Shown here piece by piece: positions 20,441 through 32,034 of a DNA stretch of 64,000 nucleotides. The number at the start of each line of letters is the position of its first letter. Within the stretch, counting starts at the first letter, position 1. The notes under the pieces were generated by a model. That model was not told where the DNA came from, made no database searches, and saw only the letters and a list, made by a program, of their open reading frames with translations. Location of the stretch: the NCBI GenBank assembly GCA_051013385.1, contig CP143273.1, positions 1,248,001 through 1,312,000 on the forward strand, given 5' to 3'. This stretch comes from Phormidium sp. Lineage in GTDB: Bacteria; Cyanobacteriota; Cyanobacteriia; Cyanobacteriales; Aerosakkonemataceae. The translations under genes and the position numbers were made by a program.

Positions 20441-21721
20441 CTATTGTGAGAAAGTTGAGACTGTTGGAAGTTGTTTTTCGATCGCATCACAAGCCACACA
20501 AACCCCATTTTCTGCTTGAATAATTTGTCCGATTTCTGTTGCTTTAGCTGCATAACTGGGATTTTCTAATAATTCTCCTAACTTTTTGGCTACTCTTGCC
20601 GCTGAATACTGCTTGCGGGGAATAGTGCGGGAAGTTCCCAAGGGTTCAACTCTTGCGGCATTGTCGGGTTGATCGTGGCTGTAGGGCATTATAAGCGTTG
20701 GACGACCCGCCCGTAAAGCTTGGGCGGTTGTGCCTATGCCGCCTTGATGGACGATCGCACAAGCACCCGGAAAAATTTGCGAATATGGAGTATAACCTAC
20801 CGCAATCATCTCTTCCGAAAGATTTTCTGGAGGTGCATTTTTACCAATCAACAAAACTGCACGACGGTTTAACAATTTTGCCGCTTGAATGCTTTCTTGA
20901 AAAAAGTTACCAGGTGCCATAACTGCGGCTGAACCTAGAGTAAAAACGATCGGTGGTTCACCTACTTCTAAAAATTGCTTTAGTTCTGGTGTAAGTTCCG
21001 CTTTGTCATCGTTACCATCATAAAATGTAAAGCCTGTAATAACTGTATTTTTAGGCCAATCCGGTTGAGGTTTAGCGAATGCTGAGGAGAACATTGCCAG
21101 CACAAGATAAGGAGAATATTTATCCTCAATAAAGGGATTGCCAACTAAGGGAGGTAAGCCGAGTTCGCGTCGTAATTGATGAATCGGTTCCGCCCAAGAT
21201 TTAGTCATTATTTTTGATAATTGAATCACGCCTCGATTAGCGATCGAACCAAGCCCACGAAACTTAGATAAAAATGGAAACACAGGGATAACTGATGGGT
21301 CGTAAACTGATAGAAATGCCGCAGGTTGTAGGACAGCATTTGCCCAGCGAATCCCTAACTTTTCGGCAACAAATCGCGCCGCAACAACTCCTTCACCCAT
21401 AATAATAAAATCTGCATCTTTGGCACAGTTCATTACATCTGTGTAAGTTTCCCGTAAATTGGCACAAATCCAATTGCGGATAATATATTCGGTACTTGTT
21501 TTTAAATCCATCATTCGCGCCATTTCTTCAGGGTCATTCAAAGCAGTATTATCAGGGCGCATTCGATGAAATTCAAATCCCAAAGCTTCTATTTTGCTTT
21601 GATATTCTTTGTGAGTGGCAAACACTATATTGTGACCGCGTTTTTTTAATTCTTGTGCGATCGCAATTTTCGGATGCAAATCGCCAAAAGAACCGATCGT
21701 TGTTAAAACAATTCTGCTCAC
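20441..21721 (-). CDS. GT1 family (MGT/UDP-glycosyltransferase)
   Basis: GSFGDLHP, HQGGIGTT, DQPDNA. Confidence 0.9.
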   Translation of the reverse strand: MSRIVLTTIGSFGDLHPKIAIAQELKKRGHNIVFATHKEYQSKIEALGFEFHRMRPDNTALNDPEEMARMMDLKTSTEYIIRNWICANLRETYTDVMNCAKDADFIIMGEGVVAARFVAEKLGIRWANAVLQPAAFLSVYDPSVIPVFPFLSKFRGLGSIANRGVIQLSKIMTKSWAEPIHQLRRELGLPPLVGNPFIEDKYSPYLVLAMFSSAFAKPQPDWPKNTVITGFTFYDGNDDKAELTPELKQFLEVGEPPIVFTLGSAAVMAPGNFFQESIQAAKLLNRRAVLLIGKNAPPENLSEEMIAVGYTPYSQIFPGACAIVHQGGIGTTAQALRAGRPTLIMPYSHDQPDNAARVEPLGTSRTIPRKQYSAARVAKKLGELLENPSYAAKATEIGQIIQAENGVCVACDAIEKQLPTVSTFSQ

Positions 21722-21763
21722 TACTTTACCTCTAGGTCGGTAGCATTAGTTTGACACAGTTGT

Positions 21764-22165
21764 TTACGGAAACAAACCCAAGCGAATCCATAATCGTCGT
21801 GCTGCTAACTGAGCAGGACTGTTCATCTCTAAATATTCTAATGTTACTTCTCCAACCGCAGTTATTCCTATAATTTCACCAGACTCAATATTGATCTGAA
21901 AATGCTCACTCCACTGGTTGTTTCTGGGATGAAAAAAAGGAACTTCTGTGTTGGAACTAGACGCAATTCCACTAATGCGAATTCCTTTGCGAAGATTGCA
22001 GGAACGACACGCCAAAGCTAAATTTTCTTCATCATTTGTACCTTGCCGAGAGAGTGGGATAATATGCTCTACTTCAAACGGAAAATTGAAAACGATTTCA
22101 GGGGCTTGGCAGTATTCACAACGATGATTTGCTCGTTGTGCGATTGCCCCATAGTAAGGATTCAT
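21764..22165 (-). CDS. HNH endonuclease
   Basis: CEYC...EHIIP...NLALACRSCN. Confidence 0.9.
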   Translation of the reverse strand: MNPYYGAIAQRANHRCEYCQAPEIVFNFPFEVEHIIPLSRQGTNDEENLALACRSCNLRKGIRISGIASSSNTEVPFFHPRNNQWSEHFQINIESGEIIGITAVGEVTLEYLEMNSPAQLAARRLWIRLGLFP

Positions 22166-22524
22166 GAATTTTCTTGTTGCATCAATGCCACACTACGGGC
22201 TGTTGCTGCTTTCAATTCAGCTTCAACCAACTTATCAAGCTCTGTTTGTTGTTCTGCTGGCAATTCCTGCCCCCGATCCCGTGCTAACCGCCATAAGCTC
22301 ATTAATTCCGATAGTCGCTTTTGTTGCTCGGCACTGAAAAACGGATCGGGATGAAAGCTTTGAATAAAGAGTAGCGCACTGAATTCCATCTCACCCAATT
22401 GAGCAGTTAACGCATCTAAAGCTTGCCCCGCAGTTTTGCCAACAGAATGTTTATTTCCTGCAATAGCACGATAACATTTATCACCGTTACTATCAGAAAT
22501 TGGCAGGATTGATACTGTAGTCAT
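22162..22524 (-). CDS. Small protein translationally coupled to the HNH gene (putative antitoxin)
   Basis: ATGA overlap; N-terminal GKTAGQALDAL, helical C-terminus. Confidence 0.7.
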   Translation of the reverse strand: MTTVSILPISDSNGDKCYRAIAGNKHSVGKTAGQALDALTAQLGEMEFSALLFIQSFHPDPFFSAEQQKRLSELMSLWRLARDRGQELPAEQQTELDKLVEAELKAATARSVALMQQENS

Positions 22525-22584
22525 GCTTCCAGTTTAAAGTTATTTGACTTAAATTATAACTCTAGACCTCTGCGATTTAAAAAA

Positions 22585-23115
22585 TTACTTCACTTCCGAG
22601 AATAAAATCTTGTAAGGTGCATATCTATTTTGCCGATAAGAACCAACCCAAATGCTATAAGTTCCAGGCAACCATTGACCAGCAATACCCGCATTTTTCC
22701 CTTGATAATCATCATTACACCAAGTACCACCAGGGCCACTAATTATTAATGTTGTATCGGCGGGACTAATAACTTGAACTCGCAAATAATTTAAAGGAGA
22801 AGTTATTAGCAAAGTGTGATTAGGATTGCGATCGACAAACCCCGTACAAGGGCCAATTTCTGTATCTCTCCGACCAGCAATTTCCCTAGCAAATTCCATC
22901 CCGCCACTAATCCCCCGAATAATTTGTGGGTCAAGTGGAAACTGCGGGTTAATAGTAATACCTTGGAACACAGGAATATTTGGATTAGGAGTTAATTGCC
23001 CTTGAGTTTTTTCTGTTAACAGTAAGTTACAAGATAAAAGGATTAATAAAGTTAAAAACGAGTTAAGAGTAGTGAAACGAGAATTATTTAGAACTTGCAA
23101 AATCTGTTTGTACAT
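22585..23115 (-). CDS. Secreted hypothetical protein with PPC-like beta domain
   Basis: Hydrophobic N-terminal segment; DTTLIISGPGGTWCNDD...GTYSIWVGS. Confidence 0.7.
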   Translation of the reverse strand: MYKQILQVLNNSRFTTLNSFLTLLILLSCNLLLTEKTQGQLTPNPNIPVFQGITINPQFPLDPQIIRGISGGMEFAREIAGRRDTEIGPCTGFVDRNPNHTLLITSPLNYLRVQVISPADTTLIISGPGGTWCNDDYQGKNAGIAGQWLPGTYSIWVGSYRQNRYAPYKILFSEVK

Positions 23116-23181
23116 GATGATTTGTGCAGAGAGAGTAAATAATATGGATTATTTTATCATGATTTATGGGGCGCTCTTACA

Positions 23182-23670
23182 TTAAATTTTAAACAGAAAT
23201 GGTTTTACAGATTTAATCATACGCTCTAACTCAGTTTTATTGTGTTCAAGAAGAGGATGTCCCCATAGTTCATTGGTGTTATCGGAGCAATCTTTTGCCA
23301 GAGCTTCTCCAATCTTCTCAAAAGTCTTGTTAGTGTCTCTCTTTAGAGTCTCTGGGTTAGATTGTACTCCCAGAATGAATACTCTGTTTTTTATATCCTC
23401 TGGAATCTGACTCTCTACATAACTAAATCGATCTTCACACCGATCGAAATCAATAAGTAAAACAATCATGCTCTTTGTAAATTGTCGCATTTCAGAAACA
23501 TGAACTTCTGTGAATTTTTCAACAACTTTTCCCCAACCACCAGCAGGCCGCTCGACTTGAATAGCACGTTCATTAATGTTTAAATCCTGAATAAATCCGT
23601 TGACAATCTCTTCATTAGCACGGTCTTCCGGCAACACAATAAGATGTGGTTGATACCTGTTTATGCTCAT
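23182..23670 (-). CDS. TOPRIM-like hypothetical partner of the ABC ATPase
   Basis: IVLPED and LIDFD acidic motifs; ATGA overlap with the ATPase. Confidence 0.6.
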   Translation of the reverse strand: MSINRYQPHLIVLPEDRANEEIVNGFIQDLNINERAIQVERPAGGWGKVVEKFTEVHVSEMRQFTKSMIVLLIDFDRCEDRFSYVESQIPEDIKNRVFILGVQSNPETLKRDTNKTFEKIGEALAKDCSDNTNELWGHPLLEHNKTELERMIKSVKPFLFKI

Positions 23671-24791
23671 AGCTCTATATCACCACGAATCAAGGTATCT
23701 ACAAGATCGCCTCTAATATTAATATCAGTGAGCAATCTGACCAGAGTTGGTTCCAAGTGGCTTTTGCGATCGAGTACAAAGGTATTTTCATTGGAAAACT
23801 TTCGGATTGCTTCCTCATTATGCGAAGTTACTAAAATTTGACCTTTATTTTTAAATTCGCGTCGCAGTGACATTACAAAATGCCCAACTTCAGACAATGA
23901 CAGATAGTTGTCAGGCTCATCCCAAAAACAAAAAAGGGGCCCATAAGACTTGTTGGCAGCTAAGACTAAAGCGCAAAGAAAAAAGCATTTTTCACCATCA
24001 GATAAAGCTTCAAAATCAACACTCAGATTTGCATTATTTGCTTCAAAGCGAACAATCATACTTTTGGAGTCTTTGCCAATTTGTTCATTCAAAAAATCTT
24101 GAATGTCAGGCATAACTTCTCGGAGATATTTATCAACCTGTGTGTAAGCTGCTGGATAACGACTGAGTAACCCAGAAATCCATTCTCCAAAGTTTGAACC
24201 ATCCCGCGTAGGCTCCAAAGTTTCTCCGTTGGATTCTCCAGTCATCAAACTTGGGATTGGGGCTAAAATAATCGTTCGTGCCAGCCAAGTCTTAAAAATA
24301 TGAAGCGGATCGGTATCTGATTGCTCTTGAATCACTGGCAGGGCAACAAGATGCCAATCTACCAAAAATTCCGCAAGACGATTTCGGGAACTGGTGTGAA
24401 GAGTAACTTGGGCTTCTTTTCGAGAGTAAATTGCCTCTCCTGCAACTAGCAATTGCTCTTCAAAAACTCGAAGCTCTCTAAATTTTTCTGGTAAGTCTAA
24501 GGCAAGAATATATTTGTATAATGTCTTTTTAAGCAATACTTCGATTTCCAACCTAATCGGTACATCAGATCTGCCAAAAGTAAAATCCTTCGGGCTAATA
24601 AGCTTAAGTTTTTCAAGTTCCCGCATTCTATTGATGCCTTGACTAATCTTCTGAAGTACCTCCAATACAGAGGCAACAGTGGATTTACCTGAACCGTTTT
24701 TTCCAATCAAGAGAGCAGATGGCATTTCCTTTAGGTTCAGTTCAAAGTTTTCTAAGCATCTGAAGTTATGTACATATAATCTTTGGAGCAT
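23667..24791 (-). CDS. ABC-type (AAA_21/AAA_15-like) ATPase
   Basis: HNFRCL, Walker A GKNGSGKS, signature LSDGE, Walker B WDEPD, TSH. Confidence 0.88.
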   Translation of the reverse strand: MLQRLYVHNFRCLENFELNLKEMPSALLIGKNGSGKSTVASVLEVLQKISQGINRMRELEKLKLISPKDFTFGRSDVPIRLEIEVLLKKTLYKYILALDLPEKFRELRVFEEQLLVAGEAIYSRKEAQVTLHTSSRNRLAEFLVDWHLVALPVIQEQSDTDPLHIFKTWLARTIILAPIPSLMTGESNGETLEPTRDGSNFGEWISGLLSRYPAAYTQVDKYLREVMPDIQDFLNEQIGKDSKSMIVRFEANNANLSVDFEALSDGEKCFFLCALVLAANKSYGPLFCFWDEPDNYLSLSEVGHFVMSLRREFKNKGQILVTSHNEEAIRKFSNENTFVLDRKSHLEPTLVRLLTDINIRGDLVDTLIRGDIEL

Positions 24792-24855
24792 AGCAAAACT
24801 ATTCTGATAATTCGTGAACAAAAAAATGAACAGCTAGTCTGTAAATTGGATAATT

Positions 24856-24896
24856 TAAGACTTGTAGAGACGTTTCATGAAACGTCTCTACAAGTC

Positions 24897-24899
<3 letters not shown>
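24856..24899. repeat. Perfect 44-bp palindrome (GTAGAGACG family) overlapping the gltX stop
   Basis: taagacttgtagagacgtttcatgaaacgtctctacaagtctta. Confidence 0.9.
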
Positions 24900-26405
<1,506 letters not shown>

Positions 26406-26622
26406 AATAGATTCTCCGACATGGCATGATCGCTGCTTTCAGGTCTTAAATTCAATTTTCAGACCTATTTTTCTTGTAAATAGCGTTATTGGCGATCGAT
26501 AAATTTGCGATCGGGCAATTGAGTCTTTTCTTACTCTTTTGCCTCTCCCTCTGGTGAGGTAACGCTTTTCAATTGTAACCGCAAATGTGTATTTGGTGAG
26601 TGGCGATCGATATTTTTTTTTG

Positions 26623-26741
26623 AACCGCGAAGACGCGAAGGACACGAAGAAAGAGGAGAGGAAGAGAAGACTTGAAAATTGATTTAGGATTAGCTATAGC
26701 CTCTTCGTCTTCTCCTTCGCGCTCTTCGCGTCTTCGCGGTT
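26623..26741. repeat. Inverted pair of AACCGCGAAGACGCGAAG-type repeats
   Basis: aaccgcgaagacgcgaag...cttcgcgtcttcgcggtt; related copies ~19409 and ~29255. Confidence 0.8.
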
Positions 26742-26829
26742 CCATAAAATATTTGATAATAATTATTGAGGATTGCTATCTAATATGTATTAATTATAAT
26801 TATAAAATCAAAGTGTTTGAGGTTAATTT

Positions 26830-27246
26830 ATGGTTCATCAAGAGCAAATCAGTATTTCAACTAAGGGAAATGGTGATATGCACGACTTGACGGAAAAAGT
26901 AAATCAGGTTGTGAGGAATTCGGGAATTCAACAGGGCATGGTAAATGTATTTAATGTTGGTAGTACTGGGGCGATCGGGGCAATTGAATTTGAACCGGGA
27001 TTGCAAAGAGATTTACCGGAAATTCTTAATAAATTGATTCCTCCCAGTCGGGATTATTTTCACGAACAAACCTGGCATGATGGTAATGGACATTCTCATT
27101 TACAAGCAACTTGGCTTGGCCCTTCTTTGACTGTGCCGATCGCTAATGGTAAGTTAATTTTGGGAACTTGGCAACAAATTTTTCACCTTGATTGTGATAA
27201 CAAAGCACGTCAAAGAAAGGTCATGGTTACTGTTTATGGGGAGTGA
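26830..27246 (+). CDS. yjbQ: YjbQ/UPF0047 family protein
   Basis: NGHSHL, LGTWQQI. Confidence 0.9.
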   Translation: MVHQEQISISTKGNGDMHDLTEKVNQVVRNSGIQQGMVNVFNVGSTGAIGAIEFEPGLQRDLPEILNKLIPPSRDYFHEQTWHDGNGHSHLQATWLGPSLTVPIANGKLILGTWQQIFHLDCDNKARQRKVMVTVYGE

Positions 27247-27247
27247 G

Positions 27248-27796
27248 TTAATCTACGTGAGTATTGAATACACCCCAATCTTCAATTCCTTGGGATTTGA
27301 GGATTGATTCGGCGCGATCGATCTCCGACATATCACCATCTACTACAAATAAATAGTTGCCTTGAGAAAGGCGATCGCTATAAATATTTGCTTGTTCGTT
27401 AGAAACACCATTTCCCAAAATAGCGCCAATAATCGTACCACCAACAGCACCATAAAAACTGCCAGCTAATGTGCCAAAAATTGCCGCTTGGGAACCTGCA
27501 AAAAATATTGGCCCTAATCCTGGTATTACCAAAGAACTTAAGCCTAATAATAAACCACCTAGACCACCCAAAGCACCACCAGTAAGGGCACCTTTTCCAA
27601 TACTTTGAACCGTTTGATCACGGACATATTCATTCGGATCTTCGGTCAGTTCTTGACCTTCTTGAGAATCACGTCCAATCACGGAAATTTTGTCGCTCGG
27701 AAAGTTAGCCTTTTTCAATTCATTAAGCGCAGCTTCGACATTTTCTCGATTCGTAAATACCCCGACAGCACGCTTTTCTTGTGTACTTACCGCCAT
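27248..27796 (-). CDS. General stress protein (YflT-like, glycine zipper)
   Basis: AVGVF...ISVIG, GALTGGALGGLGG, IPGLGP. Confidence 0.8.
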   Translation of the reverse strand: MAVSTQEKRAVGVFTNRENVEAALNELKKANFPSDKISVIGRDSQEGQELTEDPNEYVRDQTVQSIGKGALTGGALGGLGGLLLGLSSLVIPGLGPIFFAGSQAAIFGTLAGSFYGAVGGTIIGAILGNGVSNEQANIYSDRLSQGNYLFVVDGDMSEIDRAESILKSQGIEDWGVFNTHVD

Positions 27797-27844
27797 GTTT
27801 TTTGCTCCTTTTTTACTTGGGTTTATAGATAATATTGTTGGTGA

Positions 27845-28468
27845 TTAACGATCGTTTAATTTGCTCTTTTTACTTCTGCTTCTCCGCTTGATTACCCAAA
27901 AGCCAAACCCGACAATTAAAGCAATTACTATCAAGCTAGAAATCGGCCCTAAATATTTCTCAACTAACTGATAGTTTCGTCCCAGAATATATCCGGCGAA
28001 TGTTAACAAAGCTACCCACAAAGCACTGCCAATGGTGGAGTAAAATAAAAATGGTACAAGGTGCATATTATCTAAACCAGCAGGCACCGAAATAAAAGTG
28101 CGAACTCCTGGTATAATTCGACCGAAAAATACAGCTACTCCGCCATATTTATTGAACCATTTTTTTGATTTTTCAATGTCTTCACCAGAAATAGTTAGCC
28201 ACTTGCCATATCTATCAGCCCATCTTTTTAAACGCTTTTCACCAAAGCTTTTACCTATGTAATACCACATTAACGCCCCTAGCACAGAACCCACAGTTCC
28301 CGCGACAATTACAAAGGCAATATTTAGCTTTCCTTGGGTAGTCGTAAACCCTGCTAGGGGCATGATAACTTCTGAAGGTATGGGAGGGAATAAGTTTTCT
28401 AAAAACATTAGAAAAACAATTCCCCAATATCCCAAAGAGTTGATTGTACTTGTGATCCAATCGAGCAT
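27845..28468 (-). CDS. DedA family protein
   Basis: LENLFPPIPSE, GRIIPGVRTFISVPAG. Confidence 0.93.
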   Translation of the reverse strand: MLDWITSTINSLGYWGIVFLMFLENLFPPIPSEVIMPLAGFTTTQGKLNIAFVIVAGTVGSVLGALMWYYIGKSFGEKRLKRWADRYGKWLTISGEDIEKSKKWFNKYGGVAVFFGRIIPGVRTFISVPAGLDNMHLVPFLFYSTIGSALWVALLTFAGYILGRNYQLVEKYLGPISSLIVIALIVGFGFWVIKRRSRSKKSKLNDR

Positions 28469-28490
28469 TTATTAAGTGATGAAGAGTTAG

Positions 28491-28904
28491 TTATGACTCG
28501 TTTGCTTCGTCTAAACGTTCTGGGTTTTGTACACCGATCAATTTATTCCAAAGTGGATAGGCAACCTCTGTTTTGGGAACGTAATAATTATCAGTTCCAG
28601 CCTCCATATTAGCCATAGCTGTAAACTCTTCCCATACTGGATCGTTAAGGTCAATGTATTTTGCACCTTGTTGCAAACGAGTACCAGGTTCCAGCACAAT
28701 AATTTGTTTTAATTCATTGCTGGAAAAGTCTGGCATTCGGCTATGCAATTCTTTAATTTCAAAGGCATTTAAAGCTGATGTTACTGGTGGGTGTTGCCCA
28801 GCCATTCCGTGATTTTTACCCGCTTCTCGATTGGGGTGTAAATCTTTATCCCACTCATCTGCTTTGGCATCATTTGGTGTGCCAACTTTTTGTTGTTGTG
28901 CCAT
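28491..28904 (-). CDS. Conserved hypothetical protein
   Basis: GGAG RBS; GTRLQQGAKYIDL, YYVPKTEV-Y-LWN motifs. Confidence 0.75.
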   Translation of the reverse strand: MAQQQKVGTPNDAKADEWDKDLHPNREAGKNHGMAGQHPPVTSALNAFEIKELHSRMPDFSSNELKQIIVLEPGTRLQQGAKYIDLNDPVWEEFTAMANMEAGTDNYYVPKTEVAYPLWNKLIGVQNPERLDEANES

Positions 28905-28931
28905 TTTTATTTCTCCCAATTTCCAGAAATT

Positions 28932-29153
28932 TTATCCCTGTTCACCTTCGATCGCAGCTTCCTGTTGAGGACGTTCAAGCGCCGGAGGAAAATCTACATA
29001 TTCTTCGGCTCTATGCACTTCACTATTAAGAACTTCTTCCCGTAAAATATCTTCGGGCTCTACTGAATCGTCAGCAGCAGAAACAAACACATCATTTGCA
29101 TTAGTGTTGGGTTTATTACTACTGCCTTTATGACTTGCATGACCACTGGGCAT
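28932..29153 (-). CDS. Small acidic hypothetical protein
   Basis: AGAGG RBS; 73 aa; first gene of an apparent operon. Confidence 0.65.
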   Translation of the reverse strand: MPSGHASHKGSSNKPNTNANDVFVSAADDSVEPEDILREEVLNSEVHRAEEYVDFPPALERPQQEAAIEGEQG

Positions 29154-29395
29154 AATTTTTACCTCTACTAGTAATAAGCGAATATATAATCACAGTAAAG
29201 ATAAAAGTTTGGCGATTACACTATCTTAGGGTGTAGGGAATAGTAATTTTTTAAACCGCAGAGGCGCAGAGGACGCAGAGGGAAGAGAAGGAGGGATTTA
29301 CTAAGTTTAAAAAGTTTAATTTGTGGTTAAACTTAGGTTTTCTGTATCTACCATAAGGGTTAAATTTTCGCCTAGATCATTAGGGTTTCTTTTGA

Positions 29396-29587
29396 CTAAT
29401 GTAACATAAACTTTGCCGCAGGTTGCACCAAAGCTGCATTTGCCGCAAAAGCTAAGGCAGTCACACAGAAATTAATTGTCAATCTTCCCATGAGCGAATC
29501 TGTCCTTTCTCTTAAAGGGAAAACCTTTTCCAACAGTAAGAGAATCAGGAAAATTCCTAAGACGATCGCCGGAGTGTAAGCCAACAT
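29396..29587 (-). pseudogene. N-terminal remnant of a sterol desaturase/fatty-acid hydroxylase-like gene
   Basis: LLLLEKVFPLR...R..IN start, ends after 63 aa with no His boxes. Confidence 0.55.
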
Positions 29588-29598
29588 TTACTCAACCT

Positions 29599-30243
29599 TT
29601 AATGCACTAATGAAGCCCGCTGATGTTGTAAAAACCACTCATATAAAGCGGGATTATTATAAGTTTCTGTCCAAGAATCATGCCCAGCTTCCGGGTAAAC
29701 AGTAAACTTAACATCGCCCCCAAATTTTCTGACAGCCTGTACCATTTTTTCCGATTCACTGAGGGCAACTATGTTATCTTTTGCTCCATGAAATGCCCAC
29801 ACAGGCAGATTTTTTAAATAAAAAGCTGCACCTACATCTCCACCACCACAAATGGGTGCAATAGCAGCAAAAAGATCGGGTTTGGCAGCTGCTAAATGCC
29901 AAGTACCATAACCACCCATACTTAAACCAGTTAAGTAAATTCTTTCTGGGTCAATTTTGTAATTGGCGATCGCCTCATCCAGTAATCTAATCAATAATGG
30001 TACTGCCCAATATTGCTGATGAGGACATTGGGGCGAAATCACAAGAAAAGGAAAATTTGGCTGTTCTTCCACTACCCTAGAAACGCCATTTCTTTTTAGG
30101 AATTCCAGGTTACTTCCCCGTTCACCCGCCCCATGTAGAAACAGAATTAACGACCATTTTTCTTTGGTTTCGTAACCTTTTGGTAGAAACAGTAAATAGT
30201 TGTAAGTTCGATTGCCAATTATTTGTTGTTGCATCACTTCCAC
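29599..30243 (-). CDS. Phospholipase/carboxylesterase-type alpha/beta hydrolase
   Basis: FLHGAGERG, GLSMGG, FHGAKD, GHDSW. Confidence 0.88.
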   Translation of the reverse strand: MEVMQQQIIGNRTYNYLLFLPKGYETKEKWSLILFLHGAGERGSNLEFLKRNGVSRVVEEQPNFPFLVISPQCPHQQYWAVPLLIRLLDEAIANYKIDPERIYLTGLSMGGYGTWHLAAAKPDLFAAIAPICGGGDVGAAFYLKNLPVWAFHGAKDNIVALSESEKMVQAVRKFGGDVKFTVYPEAGHDSWTETYNNPALYEWFLQHQRASLVH

Positions 30244-30251
30244 TCTAAAAT

Positions 30252-30551
30252 TTAACTTTTTGCTAAATATTGCTCAAACCACTGACGCGCCATTTTTGCT
30301 ACTTCTTCCAGCGCCCCAGTTTCTTCAAAAAGATGACTAGCACCAGGAACAATTTCTAACTTTTTATCCCCTGATAATTGCGCCAATGCTTGCTGATTCA
30401 TTTCAATTACAGGCTCATCTTTTTCACCTACAATTAGTAATGTTGGTGCTTGTACATTTGCTAGGGATGATTCAGCTAAATCAGGTCTGCCACCCCGCGA
30501 AACTAGTTTCCTAATATTATCTGTTAGCCGAGTTGTGGTGAAGTTGGGCAT
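30252..30551 (-). pseudogene. C-terminal remnant of a dienelactone hydrolase-like protein
   Basis: VSRGGRPDLA...PTLLIVG...PGASHLFEE only; nucleophile region missing. Confidence 0.7.
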
Positions 30552-30763
30552 AATTTCCCCCTTCCTTTTCTGCGTTTGGTTTCCCAAAATGGGAAACTGT
30601 TCTCAAGCAGCAATCAAAACTAACGGAAGAGTTTTTCCGCTAGGTTGCTGTTATCTCCACGCTATCGGCTACTATTTTTTTACTCTTCTATCTAATGAGA
30701 GGGATTCAAAACTCAACACTCCGAATATCGATTACCTAAATGTTTGCTATAGATGCTTGGGAT

Positions 30764-30879
30764 GGGCGGGTTTTGATTTTAATCTTAGTAAAGCATTCAA
30801 AACTTTTGGCTAAACCCGCCCCTACCCATATCCTCGTTCCCTGGTTCAACCAGGGAACGAAAAATAGAGGCAGAGCCTC
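30764..30879. repeat. GGGCGGGTTT/AAACCCGCCCCTAC REP plus CTCGTTCCC palindrome
   Basis: Inverted repeats visible; the first family recurs at 40594, 40710 and 57831. Confidence 0.8.
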
Positions 30880-30901
30880 TTGATGCAAGATCTGAGTCTG
30901 C

Positions 30902-31372
30902 CTACTCTGTCCATTTACTAAACGGATATTTAATCAAGTTGGCGTTGAAGTATCTCGGATCGTGGGAAACTTCCATGCCTACCCATTCTGGCAATTCTAT
31001 CACTTGATCTTCTGCTTTCAGTTCTACCTCAGCAATAATTAATCCGGCATTCTCCCCAAAAAATTCGTCTACTTCCCACGTTAATTCCCCATGTTTAATT
31101 ATGTATCGAGTTTTTTCAATCAATGGCTGTTCACACATTGTTTCTATCATGGTTTGAGCGTCGCTCAGTGGAATTTGGTATTCAAACTCGGCTCTGGAAT
31201 TACCAATACTTAAACCCTTAATTGTTATGTAACCTCGATCGCCTACAACCCGTACCCTAACCACAGCTTCTTTCTTAGTGCAAATATATCCTTGGCGGTA
31301 GGTGATGCCAGTGGCAAGGGATCGCCATTTGTCGCCATTTACAAGGAATTTTCGCTCAATTTCAATAGCCAT
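30902..31372 (-). CDS. CYTH domain protein
   Basis: EIERKFL, EFEY, EKTRY, AEVEL. Confidence 0.92.
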   Translation of the reverse strand: MAIEIERKFLVNGDKWRSLATGITYRQGYICTKKEAVVRVRVVGDRGYITIKGLSIGNSRAEFEYQIPLSDAQTMIETMCEQPLIEKTRYIIKHGELTWEVDEFFGENAGLIIAEVELKAEDQVIELPEWVGMEVSHDPRYFNANLIKYPFSKWTE

Positions 31373-31657
31373 GACTGATAAATTTCATCAAACCTTAATC
31401 GCAGTAACTTTTACTTAATTGTAGCGGTTTACATCTGTAAAAGATTAAACCTCTAGTTAAATACTCATAAATTGCAAAAGTTATGAAAACTTGACAAAAA
31501 TAACGAATAATGTATACTGAATAACTGACTTTCCAGTAGATTCAACATAGTCGTTTAAAAAAATCATGCTAGAATATAGCAATAAAGTAAACAGCTATAC
31601 ATTTCTACTGGTTTAAATAACTTGTATCTTTGTCTAATGGGAAATTGATACAGACCC

Positions 31658-31781
31658 CAATACTGCTCGGTTAACGATTTTCCCCTTTGTAGGGGCGAAG
31701 CATTCGGGCAGAAAATCTAGGGTTTGAGTCATAAATTGTTGCCCGAATGCTTCGCCCCTACTCAAAACCCGAGCGGTATTG
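31658..31781. mobile_element. 124-bp MITE with 13-bp TIRs and a perfect 10-bp target-site duplication
   Basis: CAATACTGCTCGG/CCGAGCGGTATTG; ATACAGACCC at 31648-31657 and 31782-31791; internal GTAG REP. Confidence 0.9.
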
Positions 31782-32034
31782 ATACAGACCCTATCTGCGA
31801 GTTAATCTTTAGCAAATACGATCGAAGAGGACACCGACTTGACAAGAGTATAAAAACGCTCTGGCTGAAAGTAAAAGATACATTCTCTCTAAAAGAATGG
31901 GCAAAGCTAACCTCTGTAACTCTGTCTAAATGCAGAATGGCAGAGTTGCCAAATTTTACCTCTTTGAGCGAATGTGTATCGAGCAAAAATTTCCTATTTT
32001 TATAGTGTTACTATTCTTTCATTGTTGAATTTTT

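Noticed and set aside
26406..26830. Possible tRNA gene or leader next to gltX
   Set aside because: No cloverleaf or T-loop GTTCRA seen; only repeats and HIP1-like sites
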